From the NCBI GenBank assembly GCA_034670305.1, contig JAXMNT010000075.1:1-26541 (forward strand): a stretch of DNA of 26,541 nucleotides, in the 5' to 3' direction. Positions 26,223 through 26,541 of the stretch are shown here, piece by piece (position 1 is the stretch's first letter; the number at the start of each line of letters is the position of its first letter). Origin of the DNA: Deltaproteobacteria bacterium. Its GTDB lineage: Bacteria > Myxococcota_A > Polyangia > Polyangiales > Houyiibacteriaceae. Position numbers and translations under genes: made by a program. The notes under the pieces were generated by a model. That model searched no databases. It was not told where the DNA came from and saw only the letters and a list, made by a program, of their open reading frames with translations.

Positions 26223-26349
26223 GGGCGCGCAGCGCCCCCAGTGGTCGGCGGGGTGGCGGGTCAAGGACGAGCAAGCGCGAAGCGCGCCAGCGAAGCGGCG
26301 GGCACCGCCGGGCCGAAGGCCTCCTTGAGGCGCCGCCCCGCCGACCGCT
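26223..26349 (+). other. Cloverleaf palindromic element with GNA-triloop hairpins
   Basis: 19-bp stem (26240-58/26331-49), GG/GG internal loop, 7-bp stem (26261-67/26322-28) and inner hairpins with GAA/GCA loops. Confidence 0.75.
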
Positions 26350-26414
26350 ACGCTGGACCATCCATCGGGCCGCCACTCCACTTCCGCGAGAAAGGACGCA
26401 GCGGTTTCGGGCGA

Positions 26415-26541
26415 GGCTTCGGCTTCGGCTTCGGCTTCGGCTTCGGCTTCGGCTTCGGCTTCGGCTTCGGCTTCGGCTTCGGCTTCGGCTTCGGCTTCGG
26501 CTTCGGCTTCGGCTTCGGCTTCGGCTTCGGCTTCGGCTTCG
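26415..26541. repeat. Perfect (GGCTTC)21 tandem repeat running to the window end
   Basis: 21 exact copies plus 1 base. Confidence 0.95.

Noticed and set aside
25870-26541. Complete diversity-generating retroelement or rRNA intervening sequence
   Set aside because: No reverse transcriptase, no TR/VR pair differing at adenines and no rRNA sequence in the window.
26223-26541. True telomere of a linear replicon
   Set aside because: The same repeat family occurs internally several times, and the window edge is more simply a contig or window break. Cannot be tested here.

Overview
High-GC bacterial chromosomal region, most likely from Myxococcota (Polyangiales/Sandaracinaceae-like). This is an inference from a MYXO-CTERM-like sorting signal, an FHA-sigma54 regulator, an RCC1 lipoprotein and DAG-repeat linkers. 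About 20 credible CDSs: isoaspartyl peptidase/asparaginase, a hypothetical protein, a trypsin-like protease fused to a small beta-barrel, CrcB/Fluc, an SDR-GH35-hypothetical operon, and a large NlpC/P60 lipoprotein with a second papain-like domain. A minus-strand run follows (cytochrome c-like lipoprotein, OM barrel, YheT-like hydrolase, OM barrel, ERG2/sigma-1-receptor homolog), then an alpha/beta hydrolase, a 6TM Kv-like channel with an unusual filter, a PocR-like sigma54 activator, an RCC1 lipoprotein, a HAD hydrolase, a degenerate NAGPA-like surface protein, an FHA-AAA regulator lacking GAFTGA, and a four-helix-bundle (IVP/Avd-like) gene. The non-coding DNA is unusual. At least six 6-bp-periodic repeat tracts lie in intergenic gaps, there is a canonical G-quadruplex motif, and a ~110-nt cloverleaf capped with GNA-triloop hairpins sits between the four-helix-bundle gene and a perfect (GGCTTC)21 tract that runs off the window end. 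No rRNA, tRNA, CRISPR array, transposase or reverse transcriptase was recognised. All family calls come from reading motifs by eye, not from database searches.
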